Shown one piece after another: positions 63,594 through 64,000 of a stretch of DNA of 64,000 bases. The notes under the pieces were generated by a model that was not told where the DNA came from, did no database searches, and saw nothing but the letters and a program-made list of their open reading frames with translations. The DNA is from Alphaproteobacteria bacterium. Its GTDB lineage: Bacteria; Pseudomonadota; Alphaproteobacteria; Bin95. A program made the translations under genes and the position numbers. Position 1 is the first letter of the stretch. Every line of letters starts with the position of its first letter. The stretch is from contig CBDBGH010000003.1 of assembly GCA_965205265.1 (NCBI GenBank), positions 5,280,001-5,344,000 of the forward strand, read 5' to 3'.

Positions 63594-64000
63594 TCTTCGC
63601 TGTCCTCCTCGTGGTGGCTTGCGAGCCCGTCGTATCCGCCGAGGTCGTGATCGCGGACCGCGATATCGCGCAGTCTTGGATCGCCGGGCAGGTCGATGGG
63701 GATGGGTGGTGGCTCGTTGCGCTGTTCGCGCCGCCGGTTCAGGCTGAAGCGCACCGCATTGGGATGGGGGACGCCGCGCTCAAGGGCTTCATCGATGGCG
63801 GCTTCGAGTTCGACGGCTCCGTAGTCGTCGAGCAGGCGCAGCAGGGAGGCGACGGTTGTGCCGATATTGCCGCCGCGCCTGGCGGTCTCGGCAAGCAGGC
63901 GCTCGCTGTCGGGGGCGGCCTGGAGAAGGCGGCTCTGCCCGCGCAGGCGGTGGGCGTGACGTTTGAGCCTGACCAGCTCCTCGATGTGCTCGGGGGTCTC
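63590..64000 (-). CDS. istA: IS21-family transposase IstA (3' part)
   Basis: Identical to the 3' end of 8460..9965. Confidence 0.9.
   Translation of the reverse strand, partial: ETPEHIEELVRLKRHAHRLRGQSRLLQAAPDSERLLAETARRGGNIGTTVASLLRLLDDYGAVELEAAIDEALERGVPHPNAVRFSLNRRREQRNEPPPIPIDLPGDPRLRDIAVRDHDLGGYDGLASHHEEDSEE

Larger units (their letters stand above)
61828..64000 (-). mobile_element. IS21-family element with passenger ORFs, copy 2 (runs off window)
   Basis: Matches 6699 onward, apart from one extra G at ~62480. Confidence 0.92.

Overview
High-GC, gene-poor accessory DNA with no housekeeping protein operons, probably from an alphaproteobacterium. Evidence for that assignment: a permuted two-piece tmRNA gene, and an alpha-type LexA with a GTTC-N7-GTTC box. 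The many ankyrin, FN3/Calx-beta and Slam genes suggest a host-associated symbiont (inference). Contents: (i) two near-identical 1337-bp elements carrying an intact tnpB, bounded by 23-bp terminal inverted repeats and 8-bp target-site duplications, a DDE-transposon-like architecture not expected for IS200/IS605/IS607 TnpB; (ii) cas-less CRISPR-like arrays: one 3-repeat array at the window start, one ~33-unit array next to ssrA, and several mini-arrays or solitary repeats. Nearly every repeat differs, but the ATTGAAG(G/C) end, a GC hairpin, the ~75-bp period and the leader are conserved; (iii) three IS1634-family copies with 33-, 165- and 200-bp direct repeats, two copies of an IS21-family element with extra Zn-finger and primase-like ORFs, another IS21 and an IS66 remnant; (iv) a LexA paralog lacking both its Ala-Gly cleavage site and its catalytic Lys; (v) seven ankyrin genes or fragments, several nucleotidyltransferase/HEPN toxin-antitoxin-like genes, four tandem tyrosine recombinases with an ICE-like remnant, and a disrupted poly-C-containing autotransporter. 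All calls come from reading the sequence by eye; no database searches were run.
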